Source: Lama glama
Taxonomy: Eukaryota
NCBI GenBank assembly: GCA_028534125.1
Contig: CM052818.1
Coordinates: 18,974,001-19,038,000 of the forward strand
Direction: 5' to 3'
Length of the DNA: 64,000 nt
Shown: positions 1 to 51,821 of the stretch, one piece after another
Layout: every line of letters begins with the position of its first letter
Numbering within the stretch: position 1 is the first letter of the stretch
Translations under genes and position numbers: made by a program
The notes under the pieces: generated by a model
Told to the model about the DNA's origin: nothing
What the model saw: the letters and a program-made list of their open reading frames with translations, nothing else
Database searches by the model: none

Positions 1-159
1 CTAAAATAAAGAATGCTGTTAAGTCAAGATAAAAGAAGATAAATGTGTGTTATCTATGAAAGCAAAATGCTTATAAAATGATTATCATCAAAAAATAAAA
101 GCTACTCATTAGATAAAGTGAAACTTGTACTGTTTAAATAATGAGAAAGCCTTTACTAG

Positions 160-20403
<20,244 letters not shown>

Positions 20404-21568
20404 ATTCCTTCCCTAAAGAAAAAGTCCTGCCATTCTAACATCATAACTTAAAACATTTTTTTTTTGGAAGATTTAAATATGTGCCCATGCTACAGGAAGA
20501 GACTGTATTAAAAATGGATACACAAGGTCAGTTGACACTATGAAGCTCAAGCTACCAAAAAGAAAGTGGCAATATATTGACTCAGGATCTCAAAGCTGGG
20601 TGTTTTAGCATTACTGTGTAAAAGACTTTTGAAGGGACAGAAGCGAAGAAAATAAGCTGCAATTTTGTACAGATACCAACTTCTGAAAAAAAGCTGGTGT
20701 TTTTACAGCTAGCATTGAATGCAGGCCGGCTTGCAGCAGTACTCTTCAACAGACAAGCAGCTTTGTTGCTGCCTTTATGGACGTGGGTACCAATTGCTTT
20801 TGTAATATGGTAAAAATGTGAGCTAGCACTTCTGCGTTTCTTTTGATTTTTTTTAACATGTATTCAGATTGAGAAATATGATTTTAATGCTTTAATCTCA
20901 TGTAGTTTGTTTTTAATTTCAAGCAAAATCTTATTGTACTTGAATGTGCCCTGTTTTGTTAGCACACCTAGACTTGCTGTAACTGTACTCATGTCCCAGT
21001 ATGTACGTTCTTTCTATGAAAGAGAAAACACTAATCTTAAATTATATCCAGCAATGTTTCTGGTATCCTTTAAGAAAAGTTAAGACTATTATTTCCTTCC
21101 CTTCCCTGTGCAGCATTCAAAACCACCCCTAGAAAAGTGAGTGTTTTAATGAGACTTCCTAGGAAGGGATGCACTGTAAAACAAAAGTATTCTTGTAACT
21201 CAGTTTTGTGAAAGGTAAAAACTACTATGTTTTAAAAGTACTTTAGAAAGTCTCTTCAAAACAGTCCTGTATTTGACCTCTGTTCATAGTTTTTTTTTGA
21301 ACAGTTTAGACAAACTGCTGGAAATTAACACAATTTCCTGCATTAAGCTGAGACAAGTATATATACAGCCCTATACAGTTTCATAGCTCCCCCCCATTTA
21401 TGTGTATTGGTGACAGTGGGTATAAACAGCCTGAAAGTGTATGCATGTACCATAACATCTAGACTTAATATATTGTGGAGTATTCAATAACCATTATGTA
21501 GAAGGTAGGTAAGAATTAAAAGGGTTTAATTTCCTAGAAAGAAAATGGAAAAATGGTCATTTTTAAAA

Positions 21569-21574
21569 AATAAA
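21569..21574 (+). terminator. FBXO11 polyadenylation signal AATAAA
   Basis: Canonical hexamer with a GT-rich element ~16-25 nt downstream. Confidence 0.85.
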
Positions 21575-21575
21575 G

Positions 21576-21581
21576 TTTATT
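21576..21581 (-). terminator. MSH6 polyadenylation signal AATAAA
   Basis: TTTATT on +, 70 nt past the MSH6 stop; T-rich TTTTTCCATTTTCTTT follows on the - strand. Confidence 0.85.
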
Positions 21582-21650
21582 AGATCATAATGTTGTGTGA
21601 ATTTACCACCTTTGTCAAAAGTCAACTCAAAAGCTTCCAATGTAGTCTAT

Positions 21651-40706
<19,056 letters not shown>

Positions 40707-41547
40707 AATGACGGTCGCCGAGACCCAACTGCTCTGTCGGACCGAGCTGCTAAACGCAGCCACAGCATCTACCGCGCGGCGCCTGCTGGCGGGAAATCTG
40801 GGGGGAGGCGCGCTCCGCGGGAGGAACACGGACTCAGGCGGCCAATCGGCGGGCGCCTGGGCGTGCGCGGGCGGCGTGCGTCCGGCCCCGCCCCCTCGGG
40901 GCGCCAGGCGGCGTCGGGAGGGGAGGGGCTGGTACTCCACGCGCAGCTGCCTGAGATCCGGAGGGAGCGGGGGGATGGTCAGGACTGGAACACCTGGGCC
41001 CGAAGCCGGGGGTTGGGTGCTACGAGGCTACCCACCTCGGAAAGGCGTTCTTCTTTGGAGGGAACCTGGTGGGTAGGGGGTCACGGGGTCTGAGATCACG
41101 CCGGGGTCAGTGTGTGCCGAGTGCGCGCACAGTGTAGGCTTCAGTGGCCGCGGTGTGAGAGGAGAACCAAAGGGCCGCCGAAAGTGTCCCTTGGGGAGAA
41201 ACGCCTTCTAGCGCGTGCAAGAAAAACCCTGCCGTTAGAGTGCTTCCGCCTAGGAACCGGGGCGGGGCGGGGGTTGCGGGGGGAGAAATTCAGACATAAA
41301 TCAGCAGATAGAAGTCTGTTCACGTTGTATTTTCAAAGCGTTACACGTAGTAGGCTCTTGATAAATACTTTACAAAATGAATGCTAAGTGGCAGGCCCTT
41401 AATTAGTTTATGATAAAAACAAAAAAACCTTGCCATCTACAAAGCTTTCCTCTGCCGGAGGAATCCTTTTACACAGATTAATTAAATCCAGTCATTTTAT
41501 ATACATTAACTAATTAAGCCCTTGTAATAACCTGAGGTAAGTGCTTG

Positions 41548-42141
41548 AGGTTCACTGTTCCTTATCTGAGCCTCTTGGGCCAGGTGTGTCTCTGAATGCA
41601 TGATTTTTCAGATTTTAGGAAAGTCACAAGTTGTGAATAAAAAGTTCTATTCTCCAACTGCAAGAAAAAAGTTGGAAGATTGACAGGTCTTTGGCCCTAA
41701 TCCCAGACTGTAAATAAGTAACTATGGAATCCAGAATCCCAGAAATCAGCCCCAATTAGCAATAGCTGTGCTTTGTTACAAACGTGTAAGTTCAGCTCTT
41801 TGCTTTGTTCAGGAGGCTGTGTTCTGCCACACGGTTCCCCTTTGCTAGGCAAGTAATAAAATCAACTTTGTTTCAGTAGTATTTGAAATAATACTATTTC
41901 CTCCATGAATGGGAATAATAATACATGACAACCCCAGAAAGTCTGGGGCAACATCCTGAAATCTAACGTATTTCTTCAGCACAACATACGGTTACTCACA
42001 TTAAATGGGATAAATATAGATTATAAATAGCCTCAGGTCAGCTTAGGTCAAAATTTGCTGCCAAAGGAGTTTGCCACAAAACCTTTGTTTTTCAGATTTT
42101 TTTGGATTTCAGAATTGCAAGTAAGGGATTGTTGACCTATA
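41548..42141. mobile_element. Tigger/MER46-like DNA element interrupted by an LTR-like insert (~41632-41890)
   Basis: Imperfect inverted ends GGTTCACTGTTCCTTATCTG and AAGTAAGGGATTGTTGACCT; TTTCAGATTTT motifs near both ends. Confidence 0.5.
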
Positions 42142-42769
42142 TTACATCTCCATTTTATGGCTGAAGAAAATGAGGCACAGATGGGTCAAGTAACTTGCCC
42201 AACACCAAACAACTAGAAAAGGGTGGAGTAGGGATTTAAATCCTGGTGTTTCTGGAGTCCTGTGTTATTAATAGAAATGCTACATTGCCTTCAATTTAAC
42301 TCCATTTTATTTAATTCAGTTCTCACAACCTTATACTAGGTTGAACTATGTGAAATTGCCAATATTTAACCTTTTGTTGCAGTACAAAATTTCTATTTGG
42401 TTCAACTTGATATGATATTAATATTCTTGTTTTACAAGGAGGAAATGGAGAGTCAGGGGAAATGAGCCAGTTGTAGGACAGAGGCTAAGAACCAGTGCTT
42501 GGGGTAAATTGATACCTGGGCTCTGACTCTGGCCCACCAGCCAGGTAACTAAACAATTTTAATCTCTGAACCTGTTTCCTCATCTTTCATGAGAAAGATA
42601 ATAACTCTGGGACAAATTTTGGAGGCCACAGGTGCCTCCCAGAAACTTCATTAAGAGTGAAATAAGAAGTCACACATCTTAGAATCATCAAGCACACAAT
42701 CCTTTGGTAGGTGAAATCACCCAGCCTTCTCCAGAAGGCACATACTGCATGTAGAAATAATTGAAGAAC

Positions 42770-43325
42770 ACCCAACAAAGAACAACACGAAGCTACTTAT
42801 TCAGAGCTTCCTACCACCACTTGTGTCTGGCAGAGACTCAGAGGTGGGCAGAGGAGTAGGAAAGGGCTCATGAAAAAAGAAAGGCTTCGGGTGTGCTATG
42901 ATTAGAGGTAACTGGCATGGGGAAGCTGGAGGTGGGCTAAGTAGAAGGAGAGCTTATGTGATTGGTTTGGGGGGGCCTATTTAGCTTTCTCTGATTGGTC
43001 CTGAGTTGGAAGTAGGTCGGAAAAAATAGAGGCTGACCAGCCATTGACCAAGTCCTGACAGTTCTAGGGGAATGGTTGCAGAGGTCTTTGTTTTCTGGAC
43101 TGGTTGCTGCAGAGGTTGTGATTGGCTTCACTCTGAAGCAGCCAGCTCAGGAAGTCAACCGTAGCTGCAGCAACCGGTCCAGGCAGCCAAACAACCACCC
43201 CTAAAGCAATGCCTTCAAGTCTGCCAAATGCAAATAATGGTGGCTGACTCCCTCACTGTAGCAAGCTCTGAGTAAATAGCCTTTAGTTATTCTCACTTGG
43301 GTGGTCTTAACTATTTCCACGTGTC
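42770..43325. mobile_element. MER21-like LTR fragments, two pieces in opposite orientation
   Basis: TTTATTCAGAGCTT..TGTGTCTGGCAGAGACTCAGAGG (~42795-42845) is mirrored by CCTTCAAGTCTGCCAAATGC..AAGCTCTGAGTAAA (~43212-43277). Confidence 0.5.
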
Positions 43326-43929
43326 TGAGAGCAGAGCCTTCTAAGCAGAGGTCAACAGCCCCTAAGGGAAGAGAAAACACCTTGAATCTGGGGACAGCAA
43401 GGTGGCCCAAATAGTTGGAGGAGTATGAACAGGGGGGAACAGTAGGACATGAGGTCAGGGAAGAAAGGAAAAGGCAGTTCATCCAAGCCTTTATAGGACT
43501 TTTGGCTTTGACTCTGACCTGGGGAGCCACTGCAGGTTTTGAGTAGACAGATGACCTGATCTGACACTATGCTATGTTGAGAATAGACTGTAGTTAATAA
43601 ACACTAACCTAACTGAGTTATGTTGTTCTCTAAAGAAGACAGGGTTTGCAAATAGGGAGCATAAAGTCTAGAGGGGGAAACCCAGAAGAGCAGGAATCAG
43701 TGGTATTTATATCCAAAATTCTGGACACATTTACTCTGTGTAACATGACTCATGACTCATGAGTAGGGGAGGGTGAAATAACCCTCAAGAGTTAACTGTG
43801 TGCCCTGCACCTGTGCTCGCCTGTCATGTGACACCTCCTTCAACTGAGTTCTTACTTTGTGCCAAGCACTGATGTTGGCACAGCAGATACAGCCATGAAT
43901 CAGACACATCCAGAGGAGACGGCAATTGC

Positions 43930-44475
43930 TGTAGGAGAGCAAAATTTTTCACCCCAAGATGTGTCTCACTGATATGAGGATTAATTTAGACTGATTATTT
44001 TTAAGAAACAGAAGACTTGGGAAGTTCTTCTTGTTACCTCCCCTTCAACTACCTAAAAGAATTTAGAATAAGGAGCTATTACTGGAGTAGAGCTATCACC
44101 AGAGGTGTCTGCAAAGAATATGGGCTAGGTGAAGTGGGGGAAACTCAGCAGGGCCCAGAGATCAGAGTCCACTCTGTGTCCCATGCTCTATATGGCCCAG
44201 CAAACGTCTACCTTTTAATCTCCACTTGAAATGCCTTCCTCCCCTTTGAAGTCCCAAAACACTACCCTCAACATCCTCTTTTGTCTTGAGCTGAACATGG
44301 TGTTAAAGATGAGGATTTCTGCCATTTTGGCGAGTTACTCAGTTTTCCTGGGTCTCTCCCATGTATACATGTTATTAAACTTTTGTTGAATTTTCTCCTG
44401 TGAATCTTACGTCAGTTTAATTCTTAAACTAGCCAGAACTTAGAAGGGTAGAGGAAAATTTCTTCCTCCCTAACA
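43930..44475 (+). mobile_element. Solo LTR (ERV1, MER34-like)
   Basis: TG...CA termini, near-TSD TTGC/CTGC, internal ATTAAA; collinear with 53891-54452. Confidence 0.8.
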
Positions 44476-44559
44476 CTGCCAAAACAACAAGCAGTTTCAG
44501 TGTGCCAGTCCCAGTGGGCCCATAGATTATGTTAGGTCACTTTGATAGGGATTTAGGCT

Positions 44560-45590
44560 AGTACCATGATTCCCAAACTGGGCACCAAGGCACTCCAGGG
44601 AACAAGAGTGAATTCACAGGGACCTCATGGGGTACTTTTAAATCTTAAGGGAAATTCAGCAACATCTGTCGGACACTGCACAAAACTACTCACTTCAGGT
44701 AGTTCACAGTTTCTACATGAAATCGTGCTACATAGCTTTTAATGATATCACTGGGGAAGGAAAAAATATTTCCTCTACCCCTCTTAGGTTCAGTTTTGGA
44801 CAGCTGCAAATTGAACTGACAAAAGAGATTAGCGAAAGAAAGAGTTTACTTTTGCATGCAGTGCGGAGACTTGCAGAAGTGCTCAGTGGTGAGTAATTCA
44901 CAGGGGTGGTCAGAATCGGGGACTTATGTGTCTAACTTAGTGGGGGAAAGATTGGGAAAAGAGAAGGCTACTCTAGGGAGGACAAATAGGTTTCTTTAGG
45001 AAAAATAAGTGGGTTTTTAGGAGAACAAATAGACAAGAAACTTGTGATAATGGTCTATGCAGGTATCAGTGGTCTTTCTGAAGAGGGGATTGATGACAGC
45101 CTCGTCTCAGAAGTTGCTGCCTTTAGTCAGACAAAGGAAACTCCGAGAAGGCTTGTTTCTGCATCTGTTGAATCTCAAATGTCTTCAGCTTAAAATAATC
45201 TTTATAAAAACTCTGGGGTCCTGAGTGGGTCCCCACAACATTATGTCTTTGTGAAACTGAGTTCTTGGTGTTTGCTGTGATAAAAAGCAAGGACCTGAGA
45301 AAAATTAATGTGGAATGAGGGTGATGGTGTCCAAACCTGATTTTCAAGTTTGCAAAGTTGTACAGTGCCCAACCAGCACACACACCTCAATGTTATCTAT
45401 GTATGGGCTATTTACGAATGAAGTAAATACTATTTTTCTTTTAACTTATATGCATTTTTTCTAAACAGCTACTAAATTATTAGGACATGAATGCTCATTA
45501 AGTTTCATGGACTTAAAACTTAATAAATGGAACTGTTAAGTATTTCTTTTGGCCTCGGGGGCTTGGTGCAGAAAGTCCTGAGACATTTGG
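44560..45590. mobile_element. hAT-Charlie-like fragment with a nested LTR (~44752-45240, - strand)
   Basis: Start TGATTCCCAAACTGGGCACCAAGGCAC. The insert begins GGAAAAAAATATTTCCTCTACCC and has CTTCAGCTTAAAATAATC near its end, like the other family members. Confidence 0.55.
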
Positions 45591-45663
45591 AGCAACAGAG
45601 GTTTAGTTTTACCAGCCTCTGGCCTAGTGGTTAAGGGCTCTGTACGCAAACTTCACATGCTCA

Positions 45664-47200
45664 TATCCAGCAAGGATCTCATTCAGATTTGATGGAGAAA
45701 TCAAAACTTCACAGATAAACAAAAGCTAAAAGAATTCAGCACCACCAAGTCAGCCTTACAACAAATGTTAAACTTCTCTAGTCATCAAACCATAAAAAAA
45801 GAGAACAGAAAGAAGAGAGAGAAAAGACCTACAAAAGATTGCTTTGGCAGTTAGGCATCTTTTATGGTTCTATATAAATTTTGGAATTGTTTGTTCTAGT
45901 TCTGTGAAAAATGTCATATGAGTATATTGACAGGGGTTGCCTTGGATCTGTAGATTGCTTTGGGTAGTATGACAATTTTGATAAGGTTGATTCTTCCAAT
46001 CCAAGAACACAAGATATCTTTCTATTTCTTTGTATCATCTCCAATTTTCTTCATCAGTGTTTTACAATTTTCAGAGTATAGGTAATCTCCTTGGTTAAGT
46101 TTATTTCTAGGTATTTTATTGTTTTTGATGCAATGCAAATACTTATGCCAGTTATAAAATTCTGGCTTTGAAGTGAAAAAAAAAAGTGAATGAAGGGCTG
46201 CAAATAGCAAAGTATCTTTTTTATGGGTGAGTTGTATTCCATTACATATATATGCTGCATCTTCTTCATCCATTCATTGACTGATGCGCACTTAGGATGC
46301 CTCTGTATCTCGGCAATTATAAATAATGTTGCTGTTAATAGCAGGGTGTATGTATCTTTTTGAAGTAATGTTTTTGTTTTTCTCGGATATATGCCCAGAA
46401 ATGGAATTGCTGGGTCATATGGTGGTTCTATTTTTAGGTTTTTGACAAAACTTCGTATTGTTTTCCCTAGTGGCTGCACCAATTTACATTCTAACCAACA
46501 GTGTACAAGGGTTCCCTTTTCTCCACATCCTTGCCAACTTTTGTTATTTGTGTTCTTTTTGATAATGGTCATTCTGACTGGTGTGAGACGGTGTCTCATT
46601 GTGATTTTGATTTGCATTTCCCTGATATTAGTGATGAGCAACTGTTCATGTTCCTCTTGGCCATCTGCATTTCCTTTTTTGGAAAAATGCCTGTTCAGTT
46701 CTTCGGCCCACATTTTAAATGGGTTGTTTGGTTGCTTGCTTTTTAATTGAAGTACAGTTGATTGAAAATGTTGTATTAATTTCTGGTGTACAGCATAGAT
46801 GGACTTGGAGGGCTAAGTGAAATAAGTCAGACAGAGAAAGACAAATATTGTAAGATATCACTAACATGTGGAATCTAAAAAAAAATGTAACTAACTAGTG
46901 AATATAAAAGAAAAGGAGGAGACTCACAAAAGTAGAGAAGGAACTAGTGGTTACCGGTGGGGGGGGGGGGAGCAAGATGGAGGTGGAGGATTAAGAGGTA
47001 CAAACCATCAGGTATAAAATAAGCTACAAGGATGTATTGTACAAAGTGGGGAATATAGCCAATATTTTATAACTATAAATGGAGTATAACCTTTAAAAAT
47101 TTGTGAATCACTATATTGTATACCTATAACATATAATATTGTTCATCAACTATATGTCAATTAAAAAATATATTGTAAAATAAATAAATACATTTTTAAA
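45664..47200. mobile_element. Rearranged L1 mosaic
   Basis: ORF1 end (+, 45664-45835), two ORF2 pieces (-, ~45840-46125 and ~46206-46735, [23 protein letters not shown]), 3' tail (-, ~46740-46797), 3' UTR with A-tail (+, 46798-47200). Confidence 0.85.
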
Positions 47201-48631
47201 CGGTTAAAAAAAAACAAACCACCTCATGTGTTCAAATCCCAGCTGAGCTACTTACTGACTGCATGACTTTGTTGGGCAAATTATTTAACTGCTCCCCCTG
47301 CCTTAGTTTCTTCACCTGTAAATTGGGAATGATGACAACAGGACCTGCTTCATAGGGTCGTGGTGAGGACTGGGTGGAATCATCGTAAAGCTCTCCACCC
47401 AGGGCCTGCTCCCCGTACATACCAGTTAATGGGACAGCATTATATAAAGAAAGCTCTGAGGGTTTTCCAGAAGAATGCAATGCTCTGTCTTCCTGCTCCG
47501 CCCACCCCAGGAGTAGGCTGACTGAACAATCTTTGCCTTTGTCTTTGACCTTGGGAGATAAAGTCAAGTCTAGAAAAAAGAAGGGAGGGTTTTCTGAGGG
47601 TCCTGTCCTAGCCCAATCAGCCCTTGATCACCAGGGACAAGCCTGTAGTCTGACAAAGCCAGGTTTTGGGGGCCAGTTGCACAGAAGGAGACTCCATAGC
47701 ACATGAAGAGCCATGGGCCCAAGAAAGGAAACAAAAGAAAACCTACAGTTGTGTGCTTTGAGGGAGGGTGGATTTAGGAGAAATTTACTCAAGGCCATGT
47801 TTGAATAGGCTCAAAGCAAAGCAGTGTGTAAAGTCAAATCTAGACTGAAAGGTGGACCCACAGTGCCATTTTTTTGGAAACTGAAATTAAGATAGATGTG
47901 GAATGGTGTGTCTAAAAATCTCTTTTATCTAATGTGGTACACCTGGGTTGTAAATTGAAGTTGCTTCTGTGTGTCAGAGTGAATTAGAAGCTCCAGGTAA
48001 GAGTAGGGTGTTTTATTCCTGCTGACAAAATTTCAGACAGCAAAGTTTCTGATGGTCTCTGATGTTGGAGGACAGGACTTCTCAGTGAGGAAGAACGCAG
48101 GAGTCCTCTTGCAACTTTGTCGCTGCAGTTCGGCCTTGGGAGAAAGTGTTTTCTGTTCAACTTTTTAACTGGCTTTATCTTTGTTATCCCCGCAGGAGGA
48201 ATGGCAGGGCATATTTTAAACGTCTGATTCCTTGCTAAATTTTACTTTCTCAATCTTGAGAAATAAGAGGAACTTTGTGGCAGCCAGGCAGAAGGAGACA
48301 ATACAGGCTGTCCTTAGGGAGCAAGGGGTCAGAAATCAAAGGCGCCTGTGTAGTCCTTACAGCTCCCAGGTGTGGTGGAGGCTGAGTGACCGGCTAGGGG
48401 AGGACAGGGCCTAGACTACCCGGAGAGAGGAGAAACTGGCCCGAGGCCTTGCACAGCCTGGATTGCTCCCCTCCCCAACCCCTAGCATTCTTCTTTCTTG
48501 GAAATTTCCCAGTTATCTCAGACCACAAAGAGGGAGGGCTGGCACAGGCATTTCTTTGGTTCCCAGAGCCATCCTAGGTAGAATTGCCTGGTACTTTTCT
48601 AATTACTAGAGCCACCATTTTGAGCTGAGCA

Positions 48632-49140
48632 TGACACAGGAAGGCAGGGGGCAGGGCACAACCATTAAAAGAATGACATAGTCATTGAGGATACAACAAA
48701 ACTGGTTAGAACTGACTAGGCCCCAGATAGTGGAAGATTCCACTTCTAGTAGGCTGTGAACATCAGTATATGCTCCTTGTAATACATTAACATGACAAAT
48801 GACAAGCCCACAGGTGCCAGGACAATTCTGAAGCTGACCGTAAAAGCCAAAAGTGGGTGGTGGCCCAAATTCTGGAAATCCCTACCCCTTCCCCAAAATA
48901 GTTGTAATAGTCCTCCCACTTGTTAGCCTATGAAATTACCCAGCCCGTAAAAACTAGCAACTCGATACCTCGGGGGCCCTCTCACCTGAGACAGCCCACA
49001 TTTTGTCTATGGAGTGTGTATCGCCCTGAATAAGTGTACCTTCACTCTGTTTCAGCTTGCTCTTGAATTTTTTCCTATGGGAAGCCAAGGACCCTCACTT
49101 GAAGGACCATCCAAGGAAATCTCCTGAACCTAGGATGTGA
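48632..49140 (+). mobile_element. ERV1-type LTR
   Basis: TG start; TATGAAATTACCCAGCCCGTAAAAACT and TTGCTCTTGAATTTTTTCCT..GAAGCCAAGGACCCTC motifs typical of MER4-group LTRs. Confidence 0.55.
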
Positions 49141-50620
49141 CCATTCTCTCGCTGCCCTCCTTCTCCGTAACAAATATGGTCTCAACTTCTGATCTCCAAC
49201 GTCTTGCCCCAGTCTCCCTTCCCAGCTGACTGCCATTCCTACCCTCTGCCTTCACTCTTCTGGGATCATCCCTTCCCTGAAGCCACACAGACCTGGTTTC
49301 AATCCTGGCAAATTTACATACAAATGGTGGCAACCTGGGTAAATTACTTGCACTGGAGCCTTGGTCTCTCAATCTGATAAATGGAGATCAACTAATATCC
49401 ACCTAATAGGGTTATTGGGAGGATGGAATGAGATGAAGTAAAGTCCATTACCAAGCATATAATGGGTGCCTATAAATATAAGACCCTTCCCTCTCATGTG
49501 CTGTTTCTGCCCCCTGCAAATGCTCTTGCTCACTTTTCCTTGGTCAATCCCAATCCAAGAAGTTTTTGCCATTTCAGTGGAAGTCCCTACCTGGCCAAGT
49601 CTCTCCTCTGAACACACCATCCCCTGACCAAGTAGTTACAGTTTCAAAGAATGGCCTCTGGAGGTGGCAGACACTGCGCTTTGGTTGAGAGCTGTGGCCT
49701 CACCAGCTATGGCATGCATTTGGTCCTGTGACACATCTCAGATTGTCATTTGCCATTCCATGCCAAAGAATGATGGAACTAGATCAATCCTGTTGGGACT
49801 TACTAGGAACCGCAGAGTTGATACAAAGATTATTTGAAGCTGAAAACATTTGAGATTCAACAGATGCAGATAGAAGCCTTCTCAGAGCCTCTCTCTTCTA
49901 CTAAAAGCAGAAACTGCTAAGGAATGAGGACTGCCATAAACTCCCTCCTTGGGGCAGGTCTGTTCCCAGGAGAAAGATGAAGGGGAAATGTACCATATAT
50001 CCCCTCTCCTGGTAAGTTTTATGTCCCTGAAGACAGAAAGACCACTGGCACCTACATAAATAAACATTATCACAAACTTTCTTATCTCATTTTTGCTCTT
50101 CTAAAAGCGCATTTGTCTTTCCGAAAGAAATCTACCTGTTCTTCACACAGGAGCTTTTCCTACCTCTCCCTTATCCCTATGTAGGGCGGAAAGTTTTCCT
50201 TCTATTCTTCTAGGTTTCTTTGGCTGGTCTAGTAATTAAATTGATACAAGAAAGATTAATAGGCGAAAAACAAACAAAAATGTTCAACAAAATGTACACC
50301 TCCTGTACATATGGGAGAAACCCAGGAAAACTGAGTAACTCTCTGAAGTAGCCAAAGCCATCACTTTATATACCATCTTCAGCTAAAGACAAAAGAAGAA
50401 TGGGGCTGAGGGGATTCAGTTATGGGAGGTCATCAGACCAAAGCACAGTAAAGGAAGGAAAGGTTGTTATGCAGATTTAAATATATGCCTTCTTCTGGGG
50501 GCATGGTCATCCCCTTCTTCCTGGTACGAGGAGAGAGACATCCTTACAAATAAAGATTTCCCTTGTAAATGTAAATGTTTCTTACAAAAGGATAACTTCT
50601 ATTCAGTTTTCTAAGCTTCT

Positions 50621-51771
50621 TTTGTGCCCAGGTATGTGGTCTATCCCAGAGACTGTTCCATGAGCACTTGAAAAGAATGTATGTTCTGTTTTTGGGGGGA
50701 TGTAATTGTCCTAAAAATATCAATCAAGTGCAACTGTTCTATTCTGTCATTTAGTATCTCCATTGCCTTATTGATTTTCTGTGTGGAAAACCTGCCCAGT
50801 GATATCAGTGGGATGTTAAATTCTCCTACTATTATTGTATTCCCAGCAATTTCTCCCTTTATGTCTGTTAGTATTTGTTTTATATATTTAAGTCCTCCTA
50901 TATTGGGTGCATATATGTCAATGACTATAATACTCATCTTGTACTGCTCCTTTCATCTTTATATAATGTTCTTCTTTATGGCCTTTGTTTAAAGTCTATT
51001 TTGTCTGATATGAGTATTGCTACTCCCACTTTCTTGTCATTTCCATTTGTATGAAATATCATTTTCCACACTCTCACGTTCAATACATGTGTGTCCTTCA
51101 CACTAAAGTGGGTCTCTTGTAGGCAGCATATTGTTGGCTTTTGTTTTATTATCCAATCTGCCACTCTATGCCTTTGGATTGAAGCATTTAGTCCATTGAC
51201 ATTTATAGTAATTATTGATAGATGTCTGTTTATTGGCATTTTGAACTTTGTTTTCCAGTTGATTCAGTATTTCTTCTTTCTTTCTTTTCCTTTTTGTTTT
51301 TCTTTTTGTGGTTTGATAATTTTCTTTTGTATTAGCTTGGTTTCTTTTTGTTTTGTTTTGTTTTGTTTTTTTGTGACTCTATTGTATGATTTTGATTTGT
51401 GGTTACCCTATTTTTAAGTATGTTAACCCATTGCTACATCTATTTGCTTTAGATTGGTTGTCATGTAGGTGCAAACACATCCTAAAAAGAAAGGGGAAAA
51501 AAAAAAGGAGAAAAAAAAGGAGCGAGAAAAAAATCTATGTTTTCTTGCTCCTTTCTCCCACCTTTTATGATTTTGATGTCCTTTTTTTTATCTTCATGTT
51601 TATTCTCTTGCAATTCATTATACTTATCACATTTCCAATTATGATTTTCTTGTTTCTATAGCTTCCTGCTTCTTTTCCATTCAGAGTAGACCTTTCAAAA
51701 TTTCTTTTAAGATAGGTTTAGTATTAGCTGAATTCTTTTAGTTTTCACTTTTCTGTGAAATTCTTTATCTG
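50621..51771 (-). mobile_element. L1 segment: ORF1 end, spacer and ORF2 endonuclease domain (frameshifted)
   Basis: SIITINVNGLN..ICCLQETH..GVAILISDKIDF; IYAPN..TIIVGEFNIPL. Confidence 0.95.
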
Positions 51772-51821
51772 TAGGATGACTATTTTTAAGAAAGCAGCAG
51801 ACATAGGAAAAGCTCAGAAGC

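Larger units (their letters stand above)
20404..21595 (+). other. FBXO11: FBXO11 3' UTR (~1.2 kb; end approximate)
   Basis: AT-rich stretch without recognisable interspersed repeats, from the stop codon to the first AATAAA (21569-21574), followed by GT-rich TGTTGTGTG. Confidence 0.8.
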
